This document shows positions 19,142 through 31,971 of a DNA stretch of 64,000 bases, in pieces. This stretch comes from a bacterium. Its GTDB lineage: Bacteria; UBA8248. Every line of letters begins with the position of its first letter. The stretch's first letter is position 1. A model generated the notes under the pieces. The model did no database searches, had not been told where the DNA came from, and saw only the letters and a program-made list of their open reading frames with translations. The stretch spans positions 384,001 to 448,000 of the forward strand of contig CBDBZY010000016.1 in assembly GCA_965213685.1 (NCBI GenBank). The letters are read 5' to 3'. A program made the position numbers and the translations under genes.

Positions 19142-22100
19142 ATGCGAGCTCACGTTCTGCTAGGGTTGGCCGCACTCGCTGCAACCATCGGACTCTGTGC
19201 CGCCGGAAGTTTCACAAGAACAGGACCTTGCCAGGTATGCTTTGATTCAAAGTATCTGCATGCAGTCTGAATTCATCCATGTTCTTTAACGCGTATGTGT
19301 GCATACTAACCTGCCCCATGGGATAGCATGTTCCTTTATTTTGACTGTGCATACGTGTACGCGTGCATACTGTATGTTCCTATGCGTGCAAGCGTGCAAA
19401 TATACTTGCCTGCCCATGACGTTTTCCTACTAGGATGCGTATGAGAACATCTACCAGTATAAAGCGACTCAATCTGAATTTAATGGAGACAACGAGGAGA
19501 ATGTGGAACTATCGTGCATTGTGAAGATCATCTGTGAAGCCAGTAAGCTGTTGTTAGTATAATTTGTATGTATGCTTCTATTCTCTAATTACTGGAAAAT
19601 ATTCCACTTACTTCTCCCTTTGCTACATGTACAATACGTGTGTGCATGATTACAATATGCATATACATGTTCTCCACTGCTGCTCTGTAACCTGTTTCAA
19701 TTTGATTCTTCTGTCCAGTTGGTACATATGGAAGCAAACGAGCTCGTCTATATAACATGGAGATTGTCAACACACAAGCTGGAGGAAATTTGTTTGACAA
19801 AGCAGAAAAGGAGGGGCCACAGATGAGTGAAAGTATTGAAGACCTCACCGATGATGATGACGAAGACACACCTGTGCGGACATTTGATGATCTCGTGTCC
19901 GGCTGGTTCAAATTTGTTCAGACAGAAGACGGATCCATTCCATCTGTGTATCACGCACATGAAGAGAGCAGTGAGACTGTTAACTTTAAGAAATCCATTT
20001 CAGCAGCTTTTCAAGCCAATTTTGAGGGAACTAATGCCAAAGTGGAGGCTGACCCACAGTCACTTCATGTTGCTAAATACACGTAAGAACTTAATGGCTA
20101 CGATTGCTGTAATGTGTGTATATTGGCTATGTGCTGTTACAATCCTTCATGTATGCACCAACTTTGTACATGCAGATATGATGCTAGTGCTCAAAGTGAG
20201 GAGGGAACAGTTAGAATGCACCGCAGAGTCACATCGGCTGATGTGGAGGACTATGCATCCCACATTCCTGGAGACAATGTTGCCTTATCCAAAGACGAAG
20301 ACATTGAATACAAGCACGGAGTGATGACCCACTCCAAGGGTGTTACTACAGCCAAGATTATGCCACAGGTATGAAACTACTTAAACTGCTGTGCCTTTGT
20401 ATGTGCTACTAATGTAATGAAACATTGCAGGATGAGGTTCCTGCAAGCCAAGACATTGAGGGAGACAGTCTGGAGGCCGAAGTGGAGCAGAGTCGTGACA
20501 GAAGGAATACAGAAATGTATGCCTACCCCAACATGATGTCTGGACCAGTGGGTCCTGATAGTCCTGCTATGCCAGCATCAGATGGTTCAGATGTCCCAGA
20601 CTCTGATATGCCAGCCTCTGATATGTCAGATGATTTAGATATGCTAGTTTCTGACATGGCCGATGATCTGGATGTGCTGGCCTCGGATATGTCTGAAGAG
20701 CAAACCTACAATCCTGACATAGACTTGGGTCAAAACTTTGAAGCAAAGGGTTCCTACTCACTAGACTTGGTTGGACAACGTAGACTTGTTCGCTATGCTA
20801 GGAGCATAGTAGACCATCTCCAATTGCCTGAAGCAATGGAAAGCAGCCTTCTAGCTTATATCAACCACAGTGAGTAACATGGCATATGTGCATGGCACTC
20901 TAAGAATAGGAAGTTATTTGCATTCACTGTATTGATTTTCAGCTCATGAAGATCTGGAGCACCTAAATACACTTCGTTCTGAATTGGGAAACTTGAAAGA
21001 TGCATTGGATGCCATTCACAAAGATTCTGCTGCTACCTCCACTGGTAGGGCTGACAGAAGTTCTATATTGCTGCATTTCTAGCAATGCACTCTGTATTAC
21101 AGCTCACAAAATTGCGGATTTGCTGGAATTAGAAGCAAAGTATGGACCACTTCCTGGATTCACACCTGCTATTGATGATGTACTCAACTATCTTAGACAG
21201 GTAAAGCAAATATTTGTATAGCTTTGGAACCACAAACCTCTTGGTAGAATTTATTCATGAAACTAAGCGTATGATGCTTTTTCTTGCATCTTTCATAGCT
21301 ACTTCATTCTGATGATGAAAAGGACATTGCCATGAGAATTATCATTTACTTCATGATCAGCCCAGAGGGAAGCTTGCAATCACAAATGGTAATTGGATTA
21401 TGACTGTACTCAAGCAAGTACAAAAGTGTAGCATTCAAAAGTGGTTTTGATGTATACTGTATAATCCATGATAATCTTCATTTGTATTTTCAGGCTCTTC
21501 TTGATGCCCTTGACAATGCCGTGAATGAGGAAGAGCAGCAAAGTGCAATTATGTATATAGCATTTGCAGAGAACCCTCAACCACAAATGGTCTCCCATTT
21601 GGAGAGCATGATTGACTCTAATTCTCTCTCTGCTGATCCTCTGCTGCTGGCCTATGGTGCACTAATCTCTAAAGCTTCTCCAGAGCTCCAGAACCGCATG
21701 ACCCTTTTCCTTCTGAAACAGCTGCCACGTGCTGAGACTAACAGCTCTTCCCTCATTCATCTGCTCCTCTCTCTTGGCAACACAGAATCCCCACATGTAA
21801 CAGGTTCCATTGTTGACTACCTGCAGCACCCTGAACTTGATGTTCAGCTGAGTGCTATCTATGCATTGAGGTATATGACCAATGATTTTCTGGTCCAGAA
21901 AGCCCTCACTGCATTTCTCAGTCAGCCTGACATGTCTGAAGATCACTTGGCAGTAGTAACACAGTCACTTCTGTACGGCATTGAGCATGCACAGAACAAT
22001 TACCAGGAGAAGCCTTTCAGCAATGAGCTGGCTACTGTGCTTGCTTTATCGGCTATAGACATGGAGAATGCTGAGCTTCACTTTGCAATTGTGGACTATC

Positions 22101-23183
22101 TTAAGAGCTTTGACACACCCAGGTCAAAGCAACTAGTTGAGCTCTTGAAATCTGCTCGAGTAACAGAGTTCAAGGACCTTAACAATGGCACACGATTCAC
22201 AAGGGGCACTAACTGGGCTGAGAGCAATTCGGTATATGATTTGGTGCAGCCTCTTTCAACACGTAGTGCAGATGTGAAGCAGTATGGCTATCGCAAGTCG
22301 TACATATGGGGCAAGAAATTTGGTGTGAATAAAGGCAATGTTCAGATTGCTGCTGGTGGGTTTATTGGAGTAAGCAGAGCTGGAGACTACAAACTGTTTG
22401 GGCGTGCAAAGGCAGTAGGTCATGCATTTGGCAAAACCAAAACTGCACTAGACTTATTAGTACTCCGTGAGAAGAGCAGCAGGTCCACTCGCAGCAAGCT
22501 CTATGCCAATATTATTGGAAAAACCCTTATTAATGTGGATGTGACACAAGAAAGCTCAGTGTGCATGAGGCACAGCAAACCTCTGTACAGTTCCAAGTCC
22601 TACCAGCTCTTCAGCCTTCAACTCTCTGTATTCATCTATGTTGGCACTCTCAAGTTTTCTTTGAGTGGCTATGTCAAGTTGAACACTGATATGTACGTAC
22701 AGTTCTGTGAAAACAGAGGAAGTATAACTGCTGCTGCTGGACTCACTCCTACCATCACAATGACACTTAGTGCTAGTGGTACAGCAAATATCCTAGTGAG
22801 TTGAGTAGTTTCCTCATAGGCTCATACCTTGCCATAATACAAATTTATTAGTATTATCATTTATATGAGTCCTTTATCTACTACAGGCAGCCGTCAGGGG
22901 AGGGATAACAGTCAGTGCTGTGTTCAACTACCAGTTGAATCCAGAGCTGTCAACTACATTCTGCTACCAAAACTACCAGATCAGGGTTAAGAACTGTGCT
23001 GCCATTTACCACCAGTGGGCCAACAACAGGATTGTGTTGGATGCCTGGTATCAACTAAGCAAATGGGGCAAAAAGAGGAACTGGAATAAGGTCTCCACTA
23101 GCTGGAACTTTCCCAGCAGTGAGAAGAAGACTCTGTGGAGGTTGTGTGATGGCAGCATTTCTTGCAGGAGTACTCCTGTGTAG
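19142..23183 (+). CDS. Secreted large-lipid-transfer-protein-like protein (vitellogenin-N/MTP-type module), copy 1, about 10 exons
   Basis: Signal peptide MRAHVLLGLAALAATIGLCAA; LLT-like motif WFKFVQTEDGSIPSVYH..ESSETVNFKKSISAAFQ; helical domain LLLAYGAL...LLLSLGN...VQLSAIYALR; RFTR site; GT-AG junctions. Confidence 0.7.
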
Positions 23184-24739
23184 CCATCTATGGACCCCCT
23201 GGGAGACCAAGTGGCTAGACTGCCATTGAGTGAACATATTGTGTGTCTCAACCAATAACATTGCTGCATTTGTCATCATTGTAGGTACACATGCAGTGTT
23301 AGACATTTACATGTATGCATGGCTGTATTGAATGCATAAATAATATGAGTTGAAATGCTGCTTCCAAACCTTCTTTATGCAATACACAATCTCCTTGTGT
23401 ATCACACCTACGGTAGTAGGTGTATATAGGGATTGGCCAGGGTCCTCAGCATCAAACCTGTACATTTGAAATTTGCAATTTTCACTTTCACTATGGAAGA
23501 AATCTAACTTCTAATGGTATCTAAGTTAAGAGTATGCAAAATGTTAACTTTACCTTAAAAATTGTGGGAAAATACTATATGAGGTGTGCTTTGTATACAA
23601 AAATGCATTTCACAAATTGTCCATGTTCTTCTTCTTGTTCCAGTTGAAGAAGCAAAACTCAATAACTGTAGTACCATTAACCATGATAATGTACATGTAA
23701 GGTACATTGGTGGCTAGTGCATAGGCATAATTTTTTTCGTTAACCCCTTCACTTCTTGAGATATTAATGATTATCTAGAATCTCCATGTACTTTGTGTAT
23801 TGAAGATACATTATAAAATGAGGGTAACTATATACGCGCGCTTTAATCACCAATTTTTGCGCTTACGTCTTGGATACGGTACATAGATACTTGAAATCCG
23901 CTTACGCGCATTCTTGCTAGGTGCAGAGTAAAAGCCGCACCTGAAATTACAGGCTCTCCCTCTTACGTCATGGAATTACGATCAGCCATCGCTCACATGT
24001 ACACGTAGTTACTGTTACGAAACGCACTTGTGCACAAACGAACAGGTTTCTTCATTCTAACTAGTTTCTTAGTGTCTGCAAGCTGCCATCCAAGGCCAAA
24101 GCGCCATCATGCCTAGCTACAAGAGTTCACAGTGTTAGCTTGCTAGCTAGCTATAGGGGTTGTACCTAGTTAGTCTCGCAAGTCAGCCGTAATTTTTCAA
24201 TTTACGGCTGGCTTGTGAGTCGCAAAGCATACACATACACACGCACACGTTTCAAGCTAGTCGCTTCTTATTGTCTCTTGATCGCCAAAAAGCTGCCATC
24301 CAACGCCGAGTCTCGCGAGCCAGCCTCTCGGCAAGCGGTTTGCCGTGAGGGTCTGGCTCGAGAATATACAACGCCTAAGTGCCACCATACCCAACTGGCA
24401 AAGGTTTATACTGCATGTGCAAACTACCTGGTTGAAGTCGAAGGGTACTGCAGCAAATAGCAAGGCTATACAGCAGGCTAACCCAACTCTTGCACCATTG
24501 CCGCAGCTAGGCTTGGCGGCGCTTCGGCATTGGCAGCTTGCAGACAATAAAGAGCGACTAGCTTCTCAGACTGATGAAACATGTGCATGTGTGCAAGTGC
24601 GTTTGGCAACTACTAGAGCGTTAAAATACATAGAGTGGAAGAATGACAAGTAGTGGAGTGCACCAAAGGAAGGTCCCTAGCAGACTGTATGGTCTTCTCA
24701 GATGCACACAAAGGTAGGGCATGATTTCCATGCACTCTA

Positions 24740-25490
24740 TGCCATGAGTTGCAGGCATGATATACCCATCCAGTTAGTTGGAAGAATCCCTTTGTTAATA
24801 AAGTATGTGGTGAGGAGGCCATCCATCCAGATAGCTGTATCTGCTGGAATTGCTGTGACAACATTGGGCTAGGGATGAAAAATCCAGCTATGTTCAAACC
24901 TAGATGGGAGAAGAGAAGAGAAGATGGTTGCTATGTGCATGGATGTAATGAGAGAGCATACAAGCAGACCAAACTTGCAACAAGGGGCTCTGTCTGACAC
25001 CGAGGGAGATGAAATGTTCCAGCTGGGATTCTTAGCCTTTTTACATCTAGTTGGATGTGCATACATGAACAAAACATTCTGCTGTTTTTCAAGGCCTAAC
25101 ACCAGCATCCTCTCTGGGGCCATGTCTGTCAGCAAAGATGCACATACACTGGCTAGACAGACTGCGGAAATCTATATGGGATAGAATATGCTTTGAAGAT
25201 GAAATGATCACATCTATTGAGGCACTGAAATGTCACTGGATGCGGAGTTGTTGGGTGATACTCATTTGGTCACAGGCACAGGAAAACCACATGGAACTAG
25301 TCCCACTTCATGAGAATGGATGGGTTGTGAGGGATAATTAGCTCCGTATTGACTGGGACAGTGCAGAAAACATAAAGGCGGATCCTAAAGGGATGTTCAT
25401 GCAAATCAGGATGTGAAACTAGACGATATGGATGTAGGTGGAAGGAGATTACATGTGGCCCTGGGTGTCACTGCACCACTTGTCATATAG
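24740..25490 (+). pseudogene. Decayed Academ-type transposon ORF, C-terminal part (second copy ~33640-34380)
   Basis: Frameshifted peptides LGFLAFLHLVGCAY, ITSIEALKCHWMRSCWV..IWSQA..ENGW and a Cys-rich tail (KGCSCKSGC...CGPGCHCTTC) resemble the XPG-like plus Cys8 region of Academ proteins. Confidence 0.5.
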
Positions 25491-26616
25491 TACACAAATA
25501 ACCAAGAAGCAAATCATGTGTTTGTAGACATTTAAATTTGGCGAAATGGCGAAAAACGAGCAAAATTTTATATTGGCGAAATTTAAATTTGGCGATTTAT
25601 ACTTGGCGCATGACGTAATTCTACATACCACGTGATGGATCGTGCACGCGCTAGCTGAGTACGAGTAAGAGTTAGGTGCAGGATCTGGATCAAGCGGGGA
25701 TGGAGACGCCAATTAAAGTCCTCGCTAAATATTCCCGCTAATATCAGGGGCGACGGAACCACGGGGGCTACGGGGGCTGTAGCCCCCCCTAAAGTATATC
25801 ATTCGTTTCTTGGCTAGCCGTGATGGGTAGTGTGTAAATACATCAGTGTACATGTGCACGCACCCGCAGTTAGCCACAACTTTACATTGCCTTGCACTGC
25901 GGCTTTCGAATACTGCGTTACTGCGCATCGAGCCCTACACGGCTATCTTTGTATGCTCTCGTTGGTCTGCCTAAGCGGAGACTGAGAAGCATTGTCTTGC
26001 CACGTACGCAAAGTCTACAGTCGCACACTTGCAGTTGAAGAAGGGTTAACTTACCCAAGTTGCTTGACCTTTGTACTAGTTCCACGTGTTCCGATGTGCC
26101 AAAAGAAACAGTCGCCGGAAACATTTTAATGCTGCTCTGTCTATGTATGTTGTACACTGTAAAAACTGTAGTGTGCTAAGCACACCAAATTCTTCCCACA
26201 CCAGCGGTGTGTTAGCACACCTCGAGTTGAAAGGTGTGCTATGCACACATTTGGGTTGGTGTGGTTTCACACTTCCTCTGGTAATTGTAAGTGTGCTAAG
26301 CACACTGCTGTAGTAGTGTGGCTTCACACCAGTCGGGGCGCTACGTAAACAGCGTGGTGTTAATTATGATCTTTGACCTTTTTGGTTAAGGCGCCAAATC
26401 CAGTTGACAGTCGGATTGCGGATGGTCACTGAGCAGACGGTGAGTTGGGCTGTATTGCAGGCATTTGATGCCTCTATTTCTGTCCTACATCAGTATGTAA
26501 GGCCCTCAAAGGGTCGGGCTTAGCTGCGCAGCTGTTCAGTAGTCTGAGCGTGCGTCATCAGTATGTACGGCCCTGAAAGGGTTGGGATTTGTAGCTGCGC
26601 GGCTGTTCAGTAGTCC

Positions 26617-29600
26617 TGTCACGCGATAATTGGTCCCCCCGGACCGTCCACGGCAGAATACTTGGTCCCCCCGGACCGTCCGTGGCGCCGTAAGTGGTCC
26701 CCCCTCGCCACCGACGGTCCCCCCCCACCCTTGTATCAAAAGCTCGTTCATTCTTACTGGAGCTTCTATGTGGCAGTCACGTACCCCATAAAGGCTGCTC
26801 ATTATTATTAGTATAGCATGAGTTGCCAGTTATTTATATTAATGTGAACCTACTATGTAGTTACTTGATCATAACTCGTTAATTAATGAATTGTAGAGTT
26901 TGTAAGTCATATGCAACATTTACCACTACAACAACTGTAGGTTACAAAAGCAATCACTTCCTTTGTGAACATGCTCAGGTGTTTTCCACACAAAAGATGA
27001 GACATTAACACAGTGTTCATGAAACCACTCATAACAAGAATTGCACTCTATCATCTTTCCCTCTTCTGGGAGCCTACAAATGCAGTATACGCAGAAATTT
27101 TCCACTCTCTGAAATTTTACTTGTCTTCTCCTCCGCTTTGTCTGGGGAAAACTGGAAAACTCTGTCCACCAGGCATTGTCAAAGGTGCTTCCTAAACTGG
27201 TGCTGTATAAAGTGAGTTTGTTCTGGATTTTGTCCACAACAGAGGGAAACAGCAAAAGCTATTGCAAAAAGGCCACAATCAGCACTTCCATGCTGTTGTT
27301 GGACATGCTGGAGTTGTAGGGTGATGGTGTTTTCTTGGGCACAGAGAAGGGATGCTATTTGTTCTTTTGTGCGTGAAGGAATGTTGACATTTGGAAGGCT
27401 GTCATAAATGCTGACAGTTCCAGGCTTACAACCAATGTTTGAGACCGTGATCCAGTGACTTCCAGCTGTGTTAAGCACTTGAACAAACTCTCCTCTCTGA
27501 ACAGAAAATGCTAGGGTCTCACCCAGTGCAACAGACTCTAGACCTCCAACATAAGGGTGTGCTTTCTTCAAGAGGGCCTGAGCTGCATCAATAACATTGT
27601 CTGTAAGCCATCTTCCATCTTTCAAGCACTTCTCATCTGCCTCATAGAGACCAAGGTCTTCTAGCCAGTACTTATTTGGCTTATCTTGGAGCACATGGGT
27701 TGTCAAATCTATGCATTCTGTGGAGGTTGCATGAGTGGATATGGGAGAGAAAGTGTAATAGGTATGTGCCCTGCAGTAGACAAGCAAAATGTAACAAACC
27801 TTCTGGTTTGTCTAGTAAGTTCTGATGCTTTTGCTTCCGTCGGTTTAGATCCTTGACGGCAGCCAGGGTCATTTTTCTTTTGCGAGTCTGTGGATGTACA
27901 TCTTTTGGGCGAGTCTGAATCTGTGGTGGTTGTTCCTTCCCTGGACCCGAATCTACAGAGACAGTAGAGTAGGTGATAGGGAGAGGCTTAAAAAATTCAG
28001 AAAGGTGAGTGATGAGGGGAGAGGAGCATGGTTGAACTGTGACCCCTCTAAATTTATACCTGATAGAATTTGATCCTCCACTTGCAAACTCAGAGTAACA
28101 GTTCCAGCAATGGGAGAGAGGGGAATATTCAACTCAGGGAAGAATCCTCCTGATTGCACAAGGGTACTTGAGAGCATGTCACTAGCCCCTACATATGAAG
28201 AGCCTTGGGAAAGAGAGGGTTCTGTCATCTGTCTCGAGCAAGTTTCCTTGGGGGAGGGACTTGGGGCGGGGAATTGGTTCTCTGCACAATGCAATTTTCC
28301 TCAATAAGTAAATTACTTTGTCTTGAGGGCTGAAGACTACACACATATGCTATGAAGTTCCATTATGCTGGTCTACACTATTACATGCTACAGGTTACCC
28401 TCAACAATACATACCTGCTTTAGAAGATACTTCTTTAAGTGCACACCATTCACTCTAGTCACAATCTTTGTAGGGTTCTGAACTTCTTGAAGCCTGTAAA
28501 GACCTCTTCCCAGTGCACAAGAAATCCTGTATGGACCAGTCCACCTGTAATCTAGCTTCCCACCAGCATGCTTCTTGCGAGTGAAGTCCTTCTTAAGGAC
28601 TAGAGCACCAACAGCAAAGACTTCTGGGTTGGAATGTTTGCGATCATATTGTTCCTTCTGCCTCTTCTGAGCTGTTACAATATTGGCCTTTACAGACTCG
28701 AGCCTCTCTCTCTTCTCTTGCATGATTCTTCCTAAATCTTCTTCAGCAGCATAATCCATTACCAACATCTCCTCCTCGCAAGTGCGCTGCATGAGAAATC
28801 GGAGAGTGAAAGTCATGCGATAGAAGTTAATTTGAAGGGTTCTAATACATTATCTGGAAATTCCTGTTCTGTAGTATGCCATACCTTATTCTCAGCAAGG
28901 TCAACTGGTAGAACAGCTCGTCGTCCAAACATAACCTCGAAGGGACTGTACTGAGATGACTCATGCCTGGAAGAGTTGTACGCATACACACATGTATCCA
29001 GGTACTCTTCCCAGCTCTCCTGCTTATCAGCGACAAATTTAACCAGCATGTTCTGAAGAGTCTGGTTAAATCTTTCAACCAATCCATTGGCCTGAAAGTG
29101 TCATGATACATATAAATTTACCTAATCATGATCAATTTAAGATTTTGGTTCTATGAATGGTCTAGAGATCTATAGACATATGCACTGTGATGTACCATCT
29201 GACCTGAGGATGATAGGGTGTGGTGAGGTGATGATCAATGCCCATCAGTTTCATCAGTTCACTGTCTAGATCATTATTAAATTCACCTCCTTGATCAGAT
29301 GTTATCACCCTTGGCAACCCAAATGTCATGAAAAGCTACACCAGGAAAAGATATTGGGAACACAGTAAATACAATCAGCAATGCACACAAAAACTAAGTT
29401 GGTATGTGCATGTACAATATGACATTCCATACCTTGAAAAGGGCACCAGCAACACCAGGAGCATGCTTGGATTCCATCGCATACGCCTGCACAAATTTGC
29501 TGAAGTAGTCGCTAATGGTGAGGATATAGCGACGTCCTTGTGTACTAGGAGTGAGAGGGCCAACAAAATCAATGCCGATATGATGCCATGGTGACACAAC

Positions 29601-30776
29601 TGGCACAGGATGGAGCTCTGGAGCTGCCTTGCTTATCTTCCTGCCAGTTCTTTGACACACATCACATGTCTCAACCTAATATGAGGGAGTGAATTTCTCA
29701 TGTATAGTCAGGCTGTTATTATATACTATACAGATATAAATGATCAGTTAGCACTACATGTACTAACTAAAGGACTGGGGCATGATGGAATTAAGCTCTT
29801 GACATTGAACTTTACTGTCACTTCCCGACAGAAAGCTACTTGCTCCACAGTGTGCAGTTCTTCACTTCCTGATTCAAAAACATATCATCAGAATCTTAAA
29901 TTTTTTTAATCAGGAGGTGAAGAACTGCATACTGTGGAGTAAGTAGCTTTCTGTCTGATACATATTAAGTCACTCACAAGACTGTAGACATCTTTTGTGA
30001 CACCTGGCCATATGAATCTTTCAGTTATGCGAGCCAGCATCCTCTTACTGCCCATGTGCCCCGATGTTTGGTCTCTGTGGCATGACTCTAGGATTCTTTG
30101 ACGTTCCTTTTTGTCCACAACAAACCTCACCTAGGAGAATACAGAGCAATATCAGCAACAGAAGCAGATATAGCGCAGTACAGCCACAGAACTGACAACC
30201 AATAGCTGCGTGATATGTACATGTAGATGAGGGGCCTTGCAAGGTACATACAAGGCATAAAAAATACCTCATGTCCACTTTTCTTCTTGTAATAAAGTAC
30301 TCCCTCTTTCACCACCAGTGTCTGTGCTTTCTTCCGTATACATCGCTTCTCATTCTTGGAGCAGCTTTCGGGATACTTCTTGTCGGTGAGGTATACGAAA
30401 GCATTCTGCAGCAACTCTGTCTCGGCATCCATGACTGGATCTTCAGTAAAGTGAAGAGGTGTGAGGCACCAACGGTATTAGAACTTGTGCCTGGGATCAT
30501 CGTGGATCTCATTGGATCGCTTCTACCTTTGACCTAGCCTTTCGCGGTACGGCTGACATGCATCGGTTGCGTTCGGTTGTTAGGGAAAACATTATCAATG
30601 TAGGCAGTACAAGAAACAAACGGTATAACAACACAACACGATCCAAAAGACAATATTATAAAGCCTTATTAGAAAATAGGAGGGGAGGACCAAGTACGGC
30701 AAGAGGGGACCAGATACGGCAGCCACGGATGGTCCGGGGGGACCAATTTTGGCGGGGGAACATCTACGGCGTGACA
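26617..30776 (-). mobile_element. Full-length Ginger1-type DNA transposon
   Basis: TGTCACGC...GCGTGACA termini, 4-bp TSD GTCC (26613-26616 / 30777-30780), subterminal GGTCCCC repeats, Gypsy-like integrase without RT/gag. Confidence 0.9.
26926..30432 (-). CDS. Intron-containing Ginger integrase/transposase with C-terminal Ulp1 protease and PHD finger (PHD end appears disrupted)
   Basis: YP..LYY N-terminal motif, HHCC (CHRDQTSGH...CDVC), DDE (IDFVGP, SDQGGEF, VERFN), WTGPY, Ulp1 triad (SHWITV, IYDSLP, QQQHGSADCGLFA) and PHD (YCICR..CNSCYEWFHEHCV); exons bounded by GT-AG. Confidence 0.85.
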
Positions 30777-30913
30777 GTCCAAGTGTACGTCATTAGTATG
30801 TAGGGCCCTCAAAGGACTCGGCTTTGTAGCTGCGCGGCTGTTCAATAGTCCGAGTGTGCCGTAGTCCTGTTTAACGGTGTGATACATGTACGTTGAGCCG
30901 CTCTGTTACTGCT

Positions 30914-31424
30914 TGGCTGTTAGTCTGATATGTTGGGCTTTGTGGCCGTATGGCTGTCAGTCTGATATGTTGGGCTTTGTGGCCATGTGGCTGTCAGTCT
31001 GATATGTTGGGCTTTGTGGCTGTATGGCTGTCAGTCTGATATGTTGGGCTTTGGTGGCCATGTGGCTGTCAGTCTGATATGTTGGGCTTTGTGGCTGTAC
31101 GGCTGTCAGTCTGATATGTTGGGCTTTGTGGCTGTATGGCTGTCAGTCTGATATGTTGGGCTTTGTGGCCATGTGGCCATGTGGCCGTCAGTCTGATATG
31201 TTAGGCTTTGTGGCTGTATGGCTGTCAGTCTGATATGTTGGGCTTTGGTGGCTATGTGGCTGTCAGTCTGATATGTTGGGCTTTGTGGCCGTATGGTTGT
31301 CAGTCTGATATGTTGGGCTTTGTGGCCGTATGGTTGTCAGTCTGATATGTTGGGCTTTGTGGCCATATGGCTGTCAGTCAGATATGTTGGGCTTTGTGGC
31401 TGTATGGCTGTCAGTCTGATATGT
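30914..31424 (+). repeat. 37-bp minisatellite, about 14 copies
   Basis: Unit GTCAGTCTGATATGTTGGGCTTTGTGGCYRTRTGGCT. Confidence 0.95.
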
Positions 31425-31971
31425 CTATGCTGGCATCCTCAAGTTTTCTTTGAGTGGCTATGTCAAGTTGAACACTGATATGTACATACAGTTCTGTGAA
31501 AACAGAGGAAGTATAACTGCTGCTGCTGGACTCAATCCTATCATCACAATGACACTTAGTGCTAGTGCTAGAGCAAATATCCTAGTGAGTTCAGTAGATA
31601 GGCTCATTCCTTGCCATAATACAAATTTATTAGTATTATCATTTATATGAGTCCTCTATCTACTACAGGCCGTCAGGGGAGGGATAACAATCAGTGCTGT
31701 GTTCAACTACCAGTTGAATCCAGAGCTGTCAACTACATTCTGCTACCAAAACTACCAGATCAGGGTTAAGAACTGTGCTGCCATTTACCACCAGTGGGCC
31801 AACAACAGGATTGTGTTGGATGCCTGGTATCAACTAAGACGTTTTTTCAAATGGGGCAAAAAGAGGAAATGGAATAAGGTCTCCACTAGCTGGAACATTC
31901 CCAGCAGTGGGAAGAAGACTCTGTGGAGGTTGTGTGATGGCAGCATTTCTTGCAGGAGTACTCCTGTGTAG
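31425..31971 (+). pseudogene. LLTP-like gene copy 2, 5'-deleted (only the end of the penultimate exon and the last exon remain)
   Basis: Starts abruptly at CTATGCTGGCATCCTCAAG (matching copy 3 at 42651); promoter and upstream exons are absent. Confidence 0.85.

Larger units (their letters stand above)
26155..31424. mobile_element. CACTG-terminal DNA transposon (EnSpm/CACTA-like) inserted at TA; right end lost; hosts the Ginger element and probably the minisatellite
   Basis: Paralogues read GTATGTTGTA-TA/TG here, whereas this copy continues CACTGTAAAAA; ~66-bp internal tandem repeats at 26489, 26555 and 30790. Confidence 0.5.

Noticed and set aside
26617-30776. Gypsy LTR retrotransposon
   Set aside because: No LTRs, gag, protease or RT; the integrase has introns and inverted termini.
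30914-31424. CRISPR-like periodicity (37 bp)
   Set aside because: Head-to-tail repeats with no unique spacers, no cas genes, eukaryotic context.
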